Source: Phaeosaccion multiseriatum (lineage: Eukaryota > Protista > Ochrophyta, other classes). From it: DNA of 64,000 nt. Both the position numbers and the translations under genes were made by a program. Shown here one piece after another: positions 14,320 through 27,149 of the stretch. Numbering within the stretch: position 1 is the stretch's first letter; the number at the start of each line of letters is the position of its first letter. The notes below the pieces were generated by a model. The model saw nothing but the letters and a program-made list of their open reading frames with translations, made no database searches and had not been told where the DNA came from. Where the stretch lies: contig OZ218957.1 of the NCBI GenBank assembly GCA_965112735.1, positions 2,790,001-2,854,000 on the forward strand, given 5' to 3'.

Positions 14320-14560
14320 TTGCCACTGCAGCCCTCCCACCTTGCCTACTCGTCGTCTCAGCGTCAGCCACGGCAGGACGAGCAATACGACTCGCCCTCT
14401 CAGCATCAGCCACGGCAGCAGCAGCAGCCATTGGTGGTACAGCAGCAGCCCTCCCACCTTGCCTACTCGTTGTCTCAGCGTCAGCCACGGCAGCAGCAGC
14501 AGCCCTCCGAGCCATACTACCCGTCGTCTCAGCGTCAGCCACGGCAGCAGCATCAGCCGG
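14320..14560 (+). repeat. Degenerate ~60-bp tandem repeat (core cgtctcagcgtcagccacggcag) upstream of the ankyrin-like pseudogene
   Basis: Four related units; translates as repeated SQRQPRQ in ORF 14152..14997. Confidence 0.6.
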
Positions 14561-14618
14561 AGCCGCAGCAGCAATCCCGCCTCCACTACTTGTCTACACA
14601 GCAGGCTCAACCTTTCAG

Positions 14619-15857
14619 GTGCCGCCTCCACCCCAGCACCAGCCGACCGACCTTTACTGTCCGCCGTCTCAGCAGCAGCAGCAGCAGCAGCACTCGCCGC
14701 AGCAGGAGCAGGACAACGTTCGACGCGAGCCGTGGCCATTTTTTTTTACGGGTGTCCGCGACTTTGGAACCGAATGCCGCAATCTATATCCGGAGCTCCA
14801 CACCGCCACGGGGGGCAAGAGGGCGGCCTCGTGGGGAGAGGTATCGCAGGACAGAACGGGGCCTGCTAATGAGGGGGAGGAGGAGGAGGAGGAGGAGGAG
14901 GAGGAGGAGGAGGAGAGGGTGGATGGGGGAGAGGAGGAGGATACCGGCGTTGCCAGTGCCAAGGCCTTGGGGGTGGAGGAGGTGCTGGAGAGCATGATAT
15001 CCTTTGTAGGGGAGGGCCACCACGTCTTCATCGCCACCGTGTGTAAGAAGTGGCAACAGCACTACAGTGTGGCATATCCTTCACTCGAGACTTCCAACCC
15101 GAGCGTGATTGAGTCCATCGAGCGCTTGCAGTGGGCCCAGGAATGTGGATACGAGCTGAGTGTGGGCACTTTCGAGGTGACGGCAGAGTACGGAGATGTA
15201 AGCGTGTGCGAGGAGGTTCATGGTTTTCCCCATCCCTGGGGCGAAACGGTCTGCAACGCCGCGGTGAGAAATTCAAGGCATGGACTGCGTGTCCTCAAGT
15301 GGCTGCGATCGGAGGACCCCCCCTAAAAGAAGCGCTGTCCTTGGTCGGAGTATGGTATCACCCGTCAAGCTGCCATATGCACGGGAATGTGGAGGCTCTG
15401 AAGTGGCTGCTGTCTGACGAAGGGGACGCGTTGTTTGACTCCAACATCTGGATGCAATCTGTACAGTCAGGGCGTATCCCTGGGATCGAGTGGGTGCTTC
15501 ACCATCCCAAGGTCAGACCAGGCAGAGATGGAGGCGTTATGGGTTATACAACGATTGGACGAAGGGGGCTATGTGGGAGGTGCAGAAGGGAAAGCTGGAA
15601 GTGCTGCAATGGCTTTATGCCAACACACGGGAGCTGTGCTCTTGGGATGAGGATGTCTGTTCTACGCATTTTATCCCGCCAAGAGCCTCTCCGTCCTCAA
15701 ACGGCTCCGATCGGAGGAGGTCTTCCCTTGGACCCGGTATGCCCACAGTACTGGAAAGACCCATTATTGGGGTGACTGGGATATGGCCCCTGCCGCCTTC
15801 GAGGCGATGAAGCAATGGGTGCACGCTAACGGCCACCCCTGCGAGTGCGAAGACTGA
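14619..15857 (+). pseudogene. Disrupted copy of the ankyrin-like repeat family (copy 1)
   Basis: Collinear with copies 2 and 3 (FVGEGHHVFIATVCKKWQQHY...EAMKQWVHANGHPCECED*). It has an in-frame TAA at 15324-15326 where the paralogs read PRKRRC/PGKKRC, followed by several frameshifts. Confidence 0.75.
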
Positions 15858-16566
15858 TCGATTCTCGCATTAAAAAGGGGATCGAGGTAGCTAGTCGTGC
15901 CCGATGAGAGGGAGAGAGAGAGAGGGGGGAGTGATGGTTTTTACTTCGTAGGTCGGGGTGGGGAGAGTGTACCAACAATAGCAACGGCCCTCACCACTCT
16001 TTATGAATGCACTTCCCTTGGATCGTGAGAGTGAAACCGTGAAACCCTCCTTCTCTATCACACAACACAACATCGCTTGGTGCGCGGGGCGGCATCAAGA
16101 GACCTCATTGGTCCGCAGTTCCTTCTCCTCCTCACGACTCGGAGCCCTCTTGTGTTGCCCTTCCCCCCCCCTCTCTCCCCCCCCTCCTCCTGGGGTGTAG
16201 AGGCGGCCTCTTTCCGGCACCCCGCTGCTCCTTCTCCCCCCGCTCCTTATGCCGCTACTGCTCGTGCCGCGACCATGCGTAGCGGCTTTCCACCATCCAT
16301 TTCCACATCTCACTGGAACTCAAAACTCGCTCCAACGTGCTTTTCTAGGTGCACGTGTTGTACTGCGATCGGAGCCTCACAACTCCTTGATAACGAGCTT
16401 GAGTTCTAGTTACAATAGTTGAGTGTTTTGTTCCGCTCCCCCACCTCCCAAACCCACCCAAACACACACACACCATCTACAAACTCCCCTCACATGTCTC
16501 TCTGATTGAGCGATTGGGAATGACGATTCACCCTTTCTCGCCCACACTTTTGACAGAAGACGCTCG

Positions 16567-17568
16567 TCAGTCTTGGCAGTGGCAGGGGTGTCCGTTTGCA
16601 TGGACCCACTGCTTCATCTCCTCGAATACATCAGCCGGCATACCCCATCCAAGACCAGAAATGTCTTTGACGAACTGTGGACATGTCCACTCGTCCCAGG
16701 GAGCCCGCACCTCCTCCGATCGGAGCCACTTCAGCATGGGTAGGCTCTTGCCCCCCCGGACCGCCCAACAGCAGACATGTTCATCCCACCTGCACAGCTC
16801 CCGTGCGTTGGCATGCAGCCATTGCAGCACCTGTAGATTGCCTTCATTGGCGGCCAAGGAAGGTCCAGCCCTCCATTTGCTTAGTCCGGTTGCAGCCTCC
16901 ATCTGAGCTCTGACCTTGGGTTGGTGCACAATCATCTGTAGCATAGGAATACACCCCCCCAACACAGCCTCTGACCACATATTGGAATCAGGAGGACCCA
17001 TGAACCCTTCCTTCAGCAGCCACTCCAGAACCTCCACATTGTCGCACTTGACAGCGTGGATGCCCATGCCAGTTTCCGACCAAAGACATCGCCTCTTTCT
17101 GGGTACGTCCTCGAATCGCAACCACTTGAGGATACGCAGCCCATGTCGAGCATTCCTCACCGCGGCTTTGCAGGCCTCTTCGTCCCACGGACATTCCAGA
17201 CTGTGAAGCTCCTCGCACACGCTCACATCTCCGTACTCTGCCGCCGCCCTGAAAGTGCCCACACTCAGCTCGTACCCATACCCCTTGGCCCAATGCAAAC
17301 GCTCGACAGACTCAACAATGCTGGAAAATGTAGTCTCCCCTGAAGGATATGCCACACTGTAGTGCTCTTGCCACTCCTTACACACGGTGGCGAGGAAGGC
17401 GTGGTGGCCCTTCCCCACAAAGGGTATGACCAGGGACACGGCTTTCTGCATGACTTCCTCCATCCTCAAGGCCTTGGCCCTGACCGCGTACGTCTCCTGA
17501 AGCATCTTTTTTCGTACAGGTGCTGTTGCTTGTTGCTTCTTGATCCTCTTCCTCCCTAAGTGGCTCAC
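16567..17568 (-). CDS. Intronless ankyrin-like repeat protein (copy 2); first in-frame ATG near 17505
   Basis: Repeats of the type C..AA..G.L..L.WL....PWDE (e.g. CPWDEEACKAAVRN, AANEGNLQVLQWLHAN); F-box-like N-terminal FLATVCKEW segment. Confidence 0.75.
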   Translation of the reverse strand: MSHLGRKRIKKQQATAPVRKKMLQETYAVRAKALRMEEVMQKAVSLVIPFVGKGHHAFLATVCKEWQEHYSVAYPSGETTFSSIVESVERLHWAKGYGYELSVGTFRAAAEYGDVSVCEELHSLECPWDEEACKAAVRNARHGLRILKWLRFEDVPRKRRCLWSETGMGIHAVKCDNVEVLEWLLKEGFMGPPDSNMWSEAVLGGCIPMLQMIVHQPKVRAQMEAATGLSKWRAGPSLAANEGNLQVLQWLHANARELCRWDEHVCCWAVRGGKSLPMLKWLRSEEVRAPWDEWTCPQFVKDISGLGWGMPADVFEEMKQWVHANGHPCHCQD

Positions 17569-17787
17569 AGGGCCGACTCCGAATGACCAACGTGCCCTCG
17601 TAGTTTAAACCAGCAGACAAAAGAGAGGAAAAATCGAAGCCGTGCTTGGCGATCAAGCCCATCGTACACTTATCTCTCCGCGCCTGCCTTCTTCTTCCCC
17701 GGCAAAGTCAAACTTGTCCCCGTCCCTTCTCTCATCATATCAAACTTCACTAAAGAAACAGCTGACACCCTTCGGTATATCAGGCAT

Positions 17788-18888
17788 ATGGTGAACGCGA
17801 AGAGAAGGAAGGAGGAGTGCATGGAGGGGCGGGACCAGAAGCAGGACGACAAGCGGCTCCAGCCAGCTCCACCCACTGACTCCTCGGGGGCGGCAAAGCA
17901 TACTTTGCATGGAGGGGTGTCAGCAGCTCCACATCCCGCCGCCCTCGCTGCTGTAAGCGAGGGAAGCAATGTTGAGACTTTCGAAGCTTGCAACGAGACC
18001 CTGGCTCAGGCGGTGCTGCTCGGCGTAGTCATGGGGTGGACTGGTGGGGGCCATGATTTCTTCGTAGCGGCGGTGAGCAAAGAGTGGAAGGGACTCTACA
18101 GGCATCTCTTTCCGGCCAAGACAACGCTTCGCAGGAGGATGGTGGAGTCTGTGGAGCGCTTGAGCTGGGCCAGGAAATACGGGTGTGAGCTGAGTGTCAA
18201 GACGTTTGAAGATGCAGTCCAGTACGGAGATGTGGGTGTCTGCAAGGCTCTTCACAGCATGGGCTGTGCCTGGGATGCGAGAGTGTGTGAGGTTGCTGCG
18301 AGGAATGAGAGGCACGGACTCAGCATCCTCCAGTGGCTGCGGACGGAGGAACTTCCCGGCAAGAAAAGATGCTTGTGGGATGAACAAGTGTGTGACGAAG
18401 CAGCTGGACAGGGGAGGCTGGAGATGCTGGAGTGGATGCTCGCAGAAGAGGCGAATGCGCCATTTAATTACATGCTTTTGGCGGCATCTATTGAGTCGAA
18501 GCGTCTTTGTGTGGTCGAGTGGGTGTTGGAACATCCCAAGGTCAAAGCTCGGATGGAGGTGGCAGGAAAATGCAGCTGGTGGGGGTATGGGCCTGTCTGG
18601 GCGGCCATGCACAGCAATCTCGAAGTGCTGCAATGGTTTCATGCAAACGCACGGGAGCTGTTCAGATGGGGTGAGGATATCTGTGGTGATGCAGTGTATT
18701 CCGCAAAGAGCCTCTCCATGCTGAAATGGCTCCGCTCAGAGGAGGTCATGTGTCCCTGGGACAGGAGGGCATGCCCACACTCTTGGAAAGTCGAATTTGG
18801 TGATGACTGGGATATGCCCCCTGCCGCCTTTGAGGAGATGAAGCAGTGGGTGCATGCCAATGGACACCCCTGCGCCTGCGAGGACTGA
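17788..18888 (+). CDS. Intronless ankyrin-like repeat protein (copy 3), 366 aa
   Basis: Same repeat type (CLWDEQVCDEAAGQGRLEMLEWML), FVAAVSKEWK, and the shared C-terminus MKQWVHANGHPCACED. Confidence 0.8.
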   Translation: MVNAKRRKEECMEGRDQKQDDKRLQPAPPTDSSGAAKHTLHGGVSAAPHPAALAAVSEGSNVETFEACNETLAQAVLLGVVMGWTGGGHDFFVAAVSKEWKGLYRHLFPAKTTLRRRMVESVERLSWARKYGCELSVKTFEDAVQYGDVGVCKALHSMGCAWDARVCEVAARNERHGLSILQWLRTEELPGKKRCLWDEQVCDEAAGQGRLEMLEWMLAEEANAPFNYMLLAASIESKRLCVVEWVLEHPKVKARMEVAGKCSWWGYGPVWAAMHSNLEVLQWFHANARELFRWGEDICGDAVYSAKSLSMLKWLRSEEVMCPWDRRACPHSWKVEFGDDWDMPPAAFEEMKQWVHANGHPCACED

Positions 18889-20530
18889 CTGAGCAGACGA
18901 AGACGCGACTCTACTTTCATCCCACGTGTCAGCACCAGAGCCCTCAAGTACAGCAGGGCGTACAACACCTCCCCGCCCTCTTCCTTCCCGATACAAGCAA
19001 AGAGGGACTCTTTGACTATCGTGTGTAGCTGTGGCATTGCAGATCCGCATGGTCCTTGTTCGTAAAGATCAATGACTTGTTCCCTGATTGGTGGCGCTGT
19101 AATCGAAACCGGCAGACTTAATTTGATGTGTCATGCTGAGCTTCCCCTCTCTTGCTTGTGTGTGACTAGAGGACTTCCGCGACCCCAGGCATGAGAAGTT
19201 CGGTAAGTTCGTCAAGGAACAAATGATGGAAGGAAGCACAAGATACTCTTACCAGAGACATCCGCGCACACTCACGGCGAGGAAAGAGACTTGAGAATGC
19301 CATTGAAATCATTAAGCGGGGTTCAAACAAATTTAAAACTAACAAGCGCCGGGAGCCTTGGAGCACGCGCACACCCACACCCACACCCACACTGAACGCA
19401 CTGCTCTCTCCCTCTCTCTCTCTCTCTCTCCGTACGCCGTCCCCTTGGCCCTGCCTACCTGCGTGAGACGTGGGTCAGCAGACGGTAGACAATTAATCCA
19501 GCTCGGAACCCGCGGAGGTCGGACCGCGGCACAAATCAACACAAGGCACAAAGTGAATTTAACTCTCTGCTGCTCACTCCTCCGCCCTTCCTTCAGCTTA
19601 TTACTTTGATTGAAGCGATGGCGCTACCTTCACCATCAGAATCACTCAAGTTTGAAGGGCGGGGCCATCAACACCTGGCTACACATCATGCCATCCATCC
19701 ACCCGTCGCCGCTGCTGCTGGAGCAGTCGAAGCAGTCCGTCTCACCCCCTTCCTCCCTCCCTCTCTCCCTCCATCCCTCCCTCTCGCACGCTCTCGACTG
19801 ACCAATGCTTCCTCCCTCCCTCTGCCCCGCCCACCCTCACACGGTCAGCCGGAAGGGAGGGGATGCAGCAGAGCATGCGAAGCAGAGGCCGAGGCCGCTC
19901 CACCCTTACACAAAGTGGGGGTCAAATCGGCCTCGGTCGCTCAGAGTGCTGACGCTGATGTATCTCCAATGGCACCAACTGCTGCTGCTCCTGCTGCTGC
20001 TACTTCTGCTGAGAGTAGCAGCGTATGGGTCATTGTGTCTCTCTTCTCCACACCCTCATACCTCACGCGGCAAGCAAGAAGGTAGCTTGGAAACCCCGCC
20101 TCTCTGCCCCCCGGGGCTCCGGGGCTCTGAGAATGAACGCCTGACACCTGACACCTGGCCGCGGAGCAAGTGGGGCACTCAATCGCGTAGGCGGGCGTTT
20201 CGGAGGGAGGCGTTGCTCTCAGCGCACACTCTCCCTCTGCGAACACCGCGCCCCCCCCCCCCCCTAGCTTGCTCCACAGGGCTGCTCCCTTCGCACAGTG
20301 CCCTAGTCACTGTGGGTCTAGGATGCACACACGTGGACATGCTCTCCCTCCCCAGCAGTGACCTTGCCTCCCTCTCCTCGGCCTCTCTGCCGAGCTGCTA
20401 CTTGCCCTTCCTTCCCGCACCGTCAGCGGAGGACTCGTCGAAAGGAAGGCCTCTGAAGGCCTCTACTTAAAAGGCCCCTGTCTCTGCTTTGCCGCCTCCT
20501 GCCACAAGGAGCGACTCATAAGCGAGAGAC

Positions 20531-22031
20531 TCAGGACGATGCGTCTCGGGCGCGTTTCGCCGGTGCTTCTGCCGTGTCACCACCCTGAGCAGCATCAGCA
20601 GCAGTAGTAGTAGTAGTAGAAGCAGCGGGGGTGCCTCTCTTGATCCCTCCCCCTTCTCCTCCTCCTCCTCCTACTCCCCTGGGAGGCGTCATACCCCCCC
20701 CCGTCCCTGCCTTGGCCGCGGCGGCCTTTGCTAAGCCCTTGGCCTTCTCCTGCTCGATGAGTTGGCTCACCACCCTACAAATGTCGTCGACATTGGCCAA
20801 GGCCCCATCCCCGACGTCCCCACACGCCAGCTTCTTCTCCACGGGAAAAACCACCTCCACCCCCCCCAGCTCTTTGAGCGAGTCCAGCTGCCTGCGGGTG
20901 AGGGGGTGAGCCCACATGTACGTGTTCATGGCGGGACACACGACAAGCGGCTTGGGCGTGGCGAAATCCCAGGCTCGCACTATGCTCGTCTGATGGGGTG
21001 GGGTGGGGTGGGGCAATGGAGGGTGGGATAGTGGGTGGGTGGGTGGAGGTGAAGAGGAGACGTTGGGGAGAGGGAGAGGGAGAGAGGTGGCAGGAGAATC
21101 AACGAACGCCGTACGTATTGGAGAAGGGGAAGAATGGGTGGGATGAATGGATGGGGTGAATGGTATGAAGGACTGACCCACTCAGGGTTGCTAACCACAC
21201 CAGCTTCAGTATGAGTTTCTGCTACTCACTACTCACTACTCACTCACCACGAGGTTGTCACACAAGCCGTTGGCCATCTTAGCGAGGGTGTTGGCGGAGA
21301 GGGGCGCACACACGAGGATGTCTGCCCAGTTGCGTAGCTGTAGCAGTATTGCAGTGCAGTACACACCGGCAGGAGGGGAGGGGGGGTAAGCGGGTGGGAG
21401 GAGAGAGGAGGAGAGAGGAGGGGAGGGGAGGGGAGGGGAGAGAAGGGAGAAGGGGGGGGTGAGCACAAAAGAGGGACTGAAGAAAAGGGAAGGGAACCAG
21501 AACGAAGGACCTGGCACGGGGGCTTTTGCTTCTTACGTACGTGGATGTGCATGACGGGATCGCCCACTTCCCGCCAGTTGGACCAATCCTCTTCGTCAGT
21601 GAACAGCTCCACGGCGGGCTTCAGCCCCTGGAAGGCTGCGTGAGCCACAGGGTCGTACTGCTCGGCGCTGTTCATAAAGTGCTGCGCCTTCTGCGTCACT
21701 ACGATGCGGACCTGGCCGAATAGAGGGGAGTGAGCCAGTCAGTCAGCAGTAGTCCAAGCAGTGGTCGGCGGCAAGGAAGACGGAACGAGAAGACTCGAGA
21801 AAAGGTATTCAAGATCCGGGCTACTGGCCCACCTCTCACCTCTGCCTGTTTGCTGAGCTCCACCGCGATCTTAGGGCCCTTGATTGTGGCCACACTGCCG
21901 GTCAAACACAGCAAGAGGCGAGGCTTGCGCAGGCCCTCGCAAAAGCTAGTCGACCTCGCCTTTCCGGGAGAGATGAGAGGCCCGGCGGTACCAGGCCCCC
22001 CACCCGAGCTTCCATTCTCTCCGCCGCCCAT
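20531..22031 (-). CDS. PPCDC: Phosphopantothenoylcysteine decarboxylase (HAL3/CoaC flavoprotein); exons 21840..22031, 21541..21711, 21248..21337, 20531..20989
   Basis: LLLCLTGSVATIK, VMHIHLRNWADILVCAPLSANTLAKMANGLCDNL, PAMNTYMWAHP, KKLACGDVGDGALA; in-frame GT-AG junctions. Confidence 0.93.
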
Positions 22032-22410
22032 TACAGCCTAAATTCCCTCTCTCCTTGCCCCCTGTTCTCCCCTGTTCTCCCGGGAGGCCTTTTGTCTCTC
22101 TCTCACTCGCTACAACGTACGCGAAAAATCTCCCGAAGTTCTGTGCGCTTGCCAGCGACGAGGCCTTTCCTTCGACGGTGCAGCGTTCTTTGCAAAGAGC
22201 TACACCTTCCTACTCTCTCTTCTGCTGTTCGTCCTTAGTACCGTGCAATGAAGAAGAGAGGTGGAGGAGGAGGAGAAAGGAGAGAAGAAAGAAAGCAGAA
22301 AAAAAACGCAAACTGTACCCAGGGGGTACGCCCACTCTGCAAACGAGGGTGCGTTGTAAAGGGGATAGAGAAAGCAAGAGAGAGAGGGAGAGGAACGACA
22401 GCGATAGACG
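22032..22410. promoter_or_regulatory. Probable bidirectional promoter between the divergent PPCDC and NDUFS4 genes
   Basis: Head-to-head ATGs 379 bp apart; inferred from position only. Confidence 0.45.
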
Positions 22411-24008
22411 ATGCAGGCGTCTCTGAGAGCCAGCAGGGCGGTGGTGGCGGGATTTTCGAGGGGTTCTCTGGGGCGGCAGGTATCACGACAAGGACCAGCA
22501 GCAGTAGCAGCAGCTGCGCCAGTGCGATGGATGTCCAACGTGCCGGCGGCAGAAGAGGAGGAGGTGGACCCTGCCGTGGCAGAGATTGAGAGGAAGAAGA
22601 TCTTGGCGGAGGCTTTGGTAGAACGTGAGTGCCGGAGAGGGGAGGGTGATTGCACCGAGAGAGAGAGGAACAGAGGAAAGACGCGAAGGGAGAGAGCACA
22701 GGCAGGGGAAGCGAGCTTGGGCTGCGTCGCATTTGCTGCAGAGCCCGAAAACCGTACACAGGGCAACGCTGCGTTCTCTACTCTCAGCCCTCGAGTGCCC
22801 TACTATTGCTCCAAAGGGGGTCGAAGGAAGACGGAAAAGGGGGAAGAGGGTAGTCATGCCGGCCTCAGAGCAGTTTATGATCGATCGCTTTGGTGGTGAT
22901 GCGTGAATGGACAAGAAGTGTCTCGATGCCATTGTATGCTTATCCTCGCCCCTAAAAGTGAGGTCAGAGACGTCTACAATCTGCCGTGTTCCCTCACCCC
23001 TCCCCCTCCGCGCCCACCCTTTTCCCATTCCGCTTTACTCGCAATGAATGAATCGGCCCATTCACAGGCGTGGCACCTCTGCAGCTCGATCATGACATCG
23101 TGCTGCCCCTGGGCATCGACGATAAATCAGAGATTGGCCTATTGGCGGCCCAGCCCAAGGGGGAGATGAAGAGGAAGGTGATGATCTACAGGCCTTGTCA
23201 ATCCGCCACATCGAGGTACGTACACGTCTCTCTATGTGTCCACATCTTTGTGCCTCTGTCCGCCTTTCTTCTCTTCTTCTCTCTCTGTCTCCCTCTCTGT
23301 CTATCTCTTGTGGCTCCCTCTCTTTCTTGCCCTCTCTCCTTTGGTCTCTTTCTGTTTTGTCTCTTGTCGCTCTGCTCTCTACATTTCTCTCTCTCTCTCT
23401 GTGTTTCTGTCTCCCTCTCCCTGTCTCTGTCTGCCAGTCACTCTATGGCAAGCAAGGCTTTTGTCTATTGCACATCATGACACACTGCCTTTCTCTCCCC
23501 CTCTCCCTCCCTTCGTCCCTCCCTCCCTCCCTCCCCCTCTCTCTCTCCCTAATGATATATCTCGTCGTTACACAACAGTTTCGGCATGGAAAAGAGGTAC
23601 TGGCTCATCGAGCACGAGCCCACCGAGGTGTGGTCCAATCCCTTGATGGGGTGGACATTCACAGGTGACACACAGGCCCGAAACGCGCAGAATAAGAATT
23701 TGCGCTTCTCATCCGCAGAAGACGCGGTGGAGTTTTGCAAGCAGCACGGTTGGGACAACTATCAAGTGTATGAGGACAACAACGACCGAAGCATTGAGGC
23801 ACAGGGCAAGCACAAGTATCAGCAGAACTTCCTCGCGCCGGATGTGGAACTCGATATCAAAAAGAAGAAGAAGAGGACAAAGAAGTTTCAGACGCCCACC
23901 AAGCTCGCGTCGCACTATTTCCGGCCGCTGACATTCCACGGAGAGGCGAGGGTGGACCAGCACGGGCCCAATGGAGGGCAGTTCACCGAGTCGAGCAGCA
24001 GCAAATAG
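22411..24008 (+). CDS. NDUFS4: Mitochondrial complex I subunit NDUFS4-like; exons 22411..22624, 23068..23215, 23579..24008
   Basis: Arg/Ser-rich mitochondrial presequence; RKVMIYRPCQSATSS; WSNPLMGWTFTGD; LRFSSAEDAVEFCKQHGW; KYQQNF. Confidence 0.88.
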
Positions 24009-24931
24009 GACAGTTACAACAGTTACATTTTTAGACAGTCCAGGAAGGAAGGAAGAGAATGGTTGGTAGCAGCAGCAGAAGTCGAGGGAGGAAGAAGGGA
24101 GAGGATAGGGAGGGGGGGAAGGGGGAGGGGGGTGGGGAGCAGCGTGGGGGGGGAGTCTCGTTGCGAGCATTAAAAGCCCCTCCTCCTGACTGTGTATAGT
24201 GGGAAGGAGGAGAAGCTTTCTTTAAAAAATTATAAGAATAAACCACGTAATAAAGAGAGAGGGAGAAGGAAGGGAGCTTTCTTTCTCGCTCTCTCTCTCT
24301 CTCGCGTTTCTTTTTTTGTGTGCGGAAGCCTCTTCTGATGTCGGAGCTCTCTCTCTCTGTCACTCTCTCTACCCAGCCTGTTGTAAGCGCACAAGGAAGG
24401 ATGGATGAGTGCCTGGCTGGCTGCCTGTCTGTCTGTCTGTCTGTCTGTCTGTCTGGCTGGCTGGCTGCCTTCAAGACACTCCTGTGTTCGACCCTCATCT
24501 CGATACTGTTCCCTCGATGCCTTCAAACTGTTCCCTCGTTGTCTCGATACTGTTTCATTCCCTGCTCTTCCCCACGGCCCTTGTCGCTGTGCGGGTGAGC
24601 CTCTTCCACAGGCACGCACTCAACTGAGGCGCCACCCACACCCACACCCAATCAATAGTGGATAGGAGGGGACCCAAACAAGGGTAGGTTGGGCGGCGGG
24701 GGAAGCAAGCGCGGCGCGTGTTGCTTCGCCCTGCCCTGCCGACCTGAGCTGAGCTGTGAGCCACCGCCTCGCCCCCCCCCCACCTCTCTCTCTCTCTCTC
24801 GATGGGATGGTTAAAGACTCGGGACAGTAGGCCCTTGCCGCTGACGCGCACCCCCCCTCTCGGCCTCGCTCCTTGGGCCGGGCCATTCGGTGGCGGCGGC
24901 ACATGCTTCTACAGCTACTTTCTTCACCAAG

Positions 24932-24962
<31 letters not shown>

Positions 24963-25279
24963 ACTGCTACCCAAGTCAGCGCGAAAAGCAGCGAAGGGAA
25001 GGAAGGCGAGCTCAAAAGGCGCAACGCTCTTGGGCCACACAAGACCACTCTCGCCCTGGAGAATTCCACCCCCCCTGCCTCCAGTGCCACTCTCCTGTGG
25101 ACTTTTTGTGGAGGTACCGATCCCTCCTCGACATGGGGTAGACCGAAAGAACGATGCGCACGAGCATTCCAGACGAGGGTTCGACGAGAAAGCCATGTCA
25201 AAGAAGGGGAGAAGCAGCAGCAGTCCCCATCATATACTCTACAAGGTACCACTCCACTTCGCTCGTTTGCTCTCGCAAT

Positions 25280-25692
25280 TTAGGAAGTGCCCGCCTCCTT
25301 CTCCTGCTCTTTCCTCTCCTCCCCCTCCACCTCCTCCTTCCCCTCCTCCTCCAGCAGCGAATGGTGCGTGTACAACTTCAGTACCACTTGCTCAAACGGC
25401 CCGCAGTGTCTGACGCTCATCTCCTTGAAACCCACCGGGCCCCACGTGTTGCAAATGAGTCTACAGCCCCGTCGTAGAGCGGTTTGTAGGCGGGGCCTAA
25501 GCTCCGCAATGGCCTCTGGTAGGAGGTAGAGGATTATTACGGTCGCTGAGGGTAGGGGGTGGGGGTTGATGATGGGAGGGAGGGCCAGGGTAGGAGTAGT
25601 TAGAGGACAGAACAGACAGGAAGACAGGCTTCCCCCAACGCGCTCACGTATCAATTGCCTTCATTCTTCTCTGCAGTCGCGTCGACTGCCTG

Positions 25693-25730
<38 letters not shown>

Positions 25731-26576
25731 GATGGAGCTGAGCGTTTGGGACAGTCCCTCTGCCTCATCAGACTGGGCACTCACTCACTCAGTCACTCAC
25801 TCACTCACCCACTCACTCACTCACCCGAGCTGAGGTCCAGCTCTCGAAGATCGCCCTCAACCACGCTCACTCGCTCCTGCACTTCCCTCCTCTCTGCCCC
25901 CACTGCCGCACGAAAGTCACGCACTAAATAAGGCTCCACCTCCACGCCTGAGTTGAGGGAGGGAATACAGGCATGTGAGTGCATCCAAGGGGGACAAGAC
26001 CAAGTTAGTAAGGACCCTCGGGCGCGGTAGGCAGGTTGGCACGTCAACAAGGAAGTAAGGGAGGTCGAGGAAGCCCGAGGCTCTCATGATCCTAATAGGG
26101 CACCCCTCCCCTCTCACATCCCTCTTTCCCGGCCGCGAGAGAGGGGAGACAGGAGAGAGGATGCTAAGAGAGAGAGGGGAGGAGGACGAGGGGGGGTGGA
26201 ACTCGTACCTGTCGCTCTCGCTCCAAGCTTGGCCGCTGCGATGCAGATACGCCCATCGCCGCAGCCCAAGTCCATTACAACCTGGGAGGAGCGAGGGTCA
26301 GGTCAGGTAGGTAGGCCTTGGGCGAGAGTGGGCGTCTGGAAGATGAATAGAAGCAACAGACCCCCCTCTTTATAAGCTCTCCTTTCCCTTTCCTCCTTTT
26401 CTCACATCTTGCTCGGTGATCTGCGCAAAGATCATCATGTCTTGGACAACATCCCTATCGGACTGGCAGGGCGGGGCCAGGGAGTCTCCCTCAATCCACT
26501 TGGGTAGCACATCGTCTTCCTCCTCCTCCTCCTCCTCCTCCTCCTCCTCCTCCTCGTACTGCAGTGGCTGCTCCAT
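25280..26576 (-). CDS. Class I SAM-dependent methyltransferase; exons 26406..26576, 26209..26281, 25825..25947, 25280..25545 (upstream ATG at 26639 possible)
   Basis: Spliced product has VVMDLGCGDGRICIAAAK, GVEVEP, VVEGD, ATVIILYLLP. Confidence 0.85.
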
Positions 26577-27149
26577 AGCAGGCCAAGGGGAAGAAGGGGG
26601 GGTCGAGGAACTTGTGAGTTGGAAATGGACCATGCCCATATTCCCTGGCAGTAAGAGTTTTAGTTTCCCCCTTCTTCACTTTTTGCTTACTGGATATCAA
26701 AAACCGCCCTGTGTCTGACGGTCACTGCAACAGCAATTGATTTTGCGGATCAGCAAGGCAGAAGGCGGCGAAGCTTGTTGAGTGGTGGACAGCAGGACGT
26801 ATATTCGCCAGCACTACACAGAGGAGAGGGAACCTCGGTATTACAGTTGCAGTTTTGGGGGGAGCGTGGAACAGGCTTTCGGGGTGAGGGAAAGTGAGCA
26901 ACTCGGCGTTAGAGAGTACTCGTCAACAAGCCATCAAAAGAAGGACACAGGAGTGGGTAGAGACAATCATCAACCGCGGTATGCTTGGGCCTGACTGATA
27001 ATGGTGAGTCAAGATCATCAAGTTCTGAACACGCACGAGTGCACGTGCAGGAACTCTCCGCGGGTAGTTGAGGTAGCCGATGTACCTTTCTCCCCCTTTT
27101 GTTTTTGTGTGTGTGTACTGCAATGAGGGACGGATAGGTTGGGAGGAGA

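Noticed and set aside
19166-20470. Coding-like fragments and ORFs between the ankyrin-like cluster and PPCDC
   Set aside because: Interrupted by stops, no homology recognised, and no consistent gene model.
24873-25283. 136-aa plus-strand ORF abutting the methyltransferase stop
   Set aside because: No recognisable domain or splice pattern, and it is partly a (GCT)n microsatellite.
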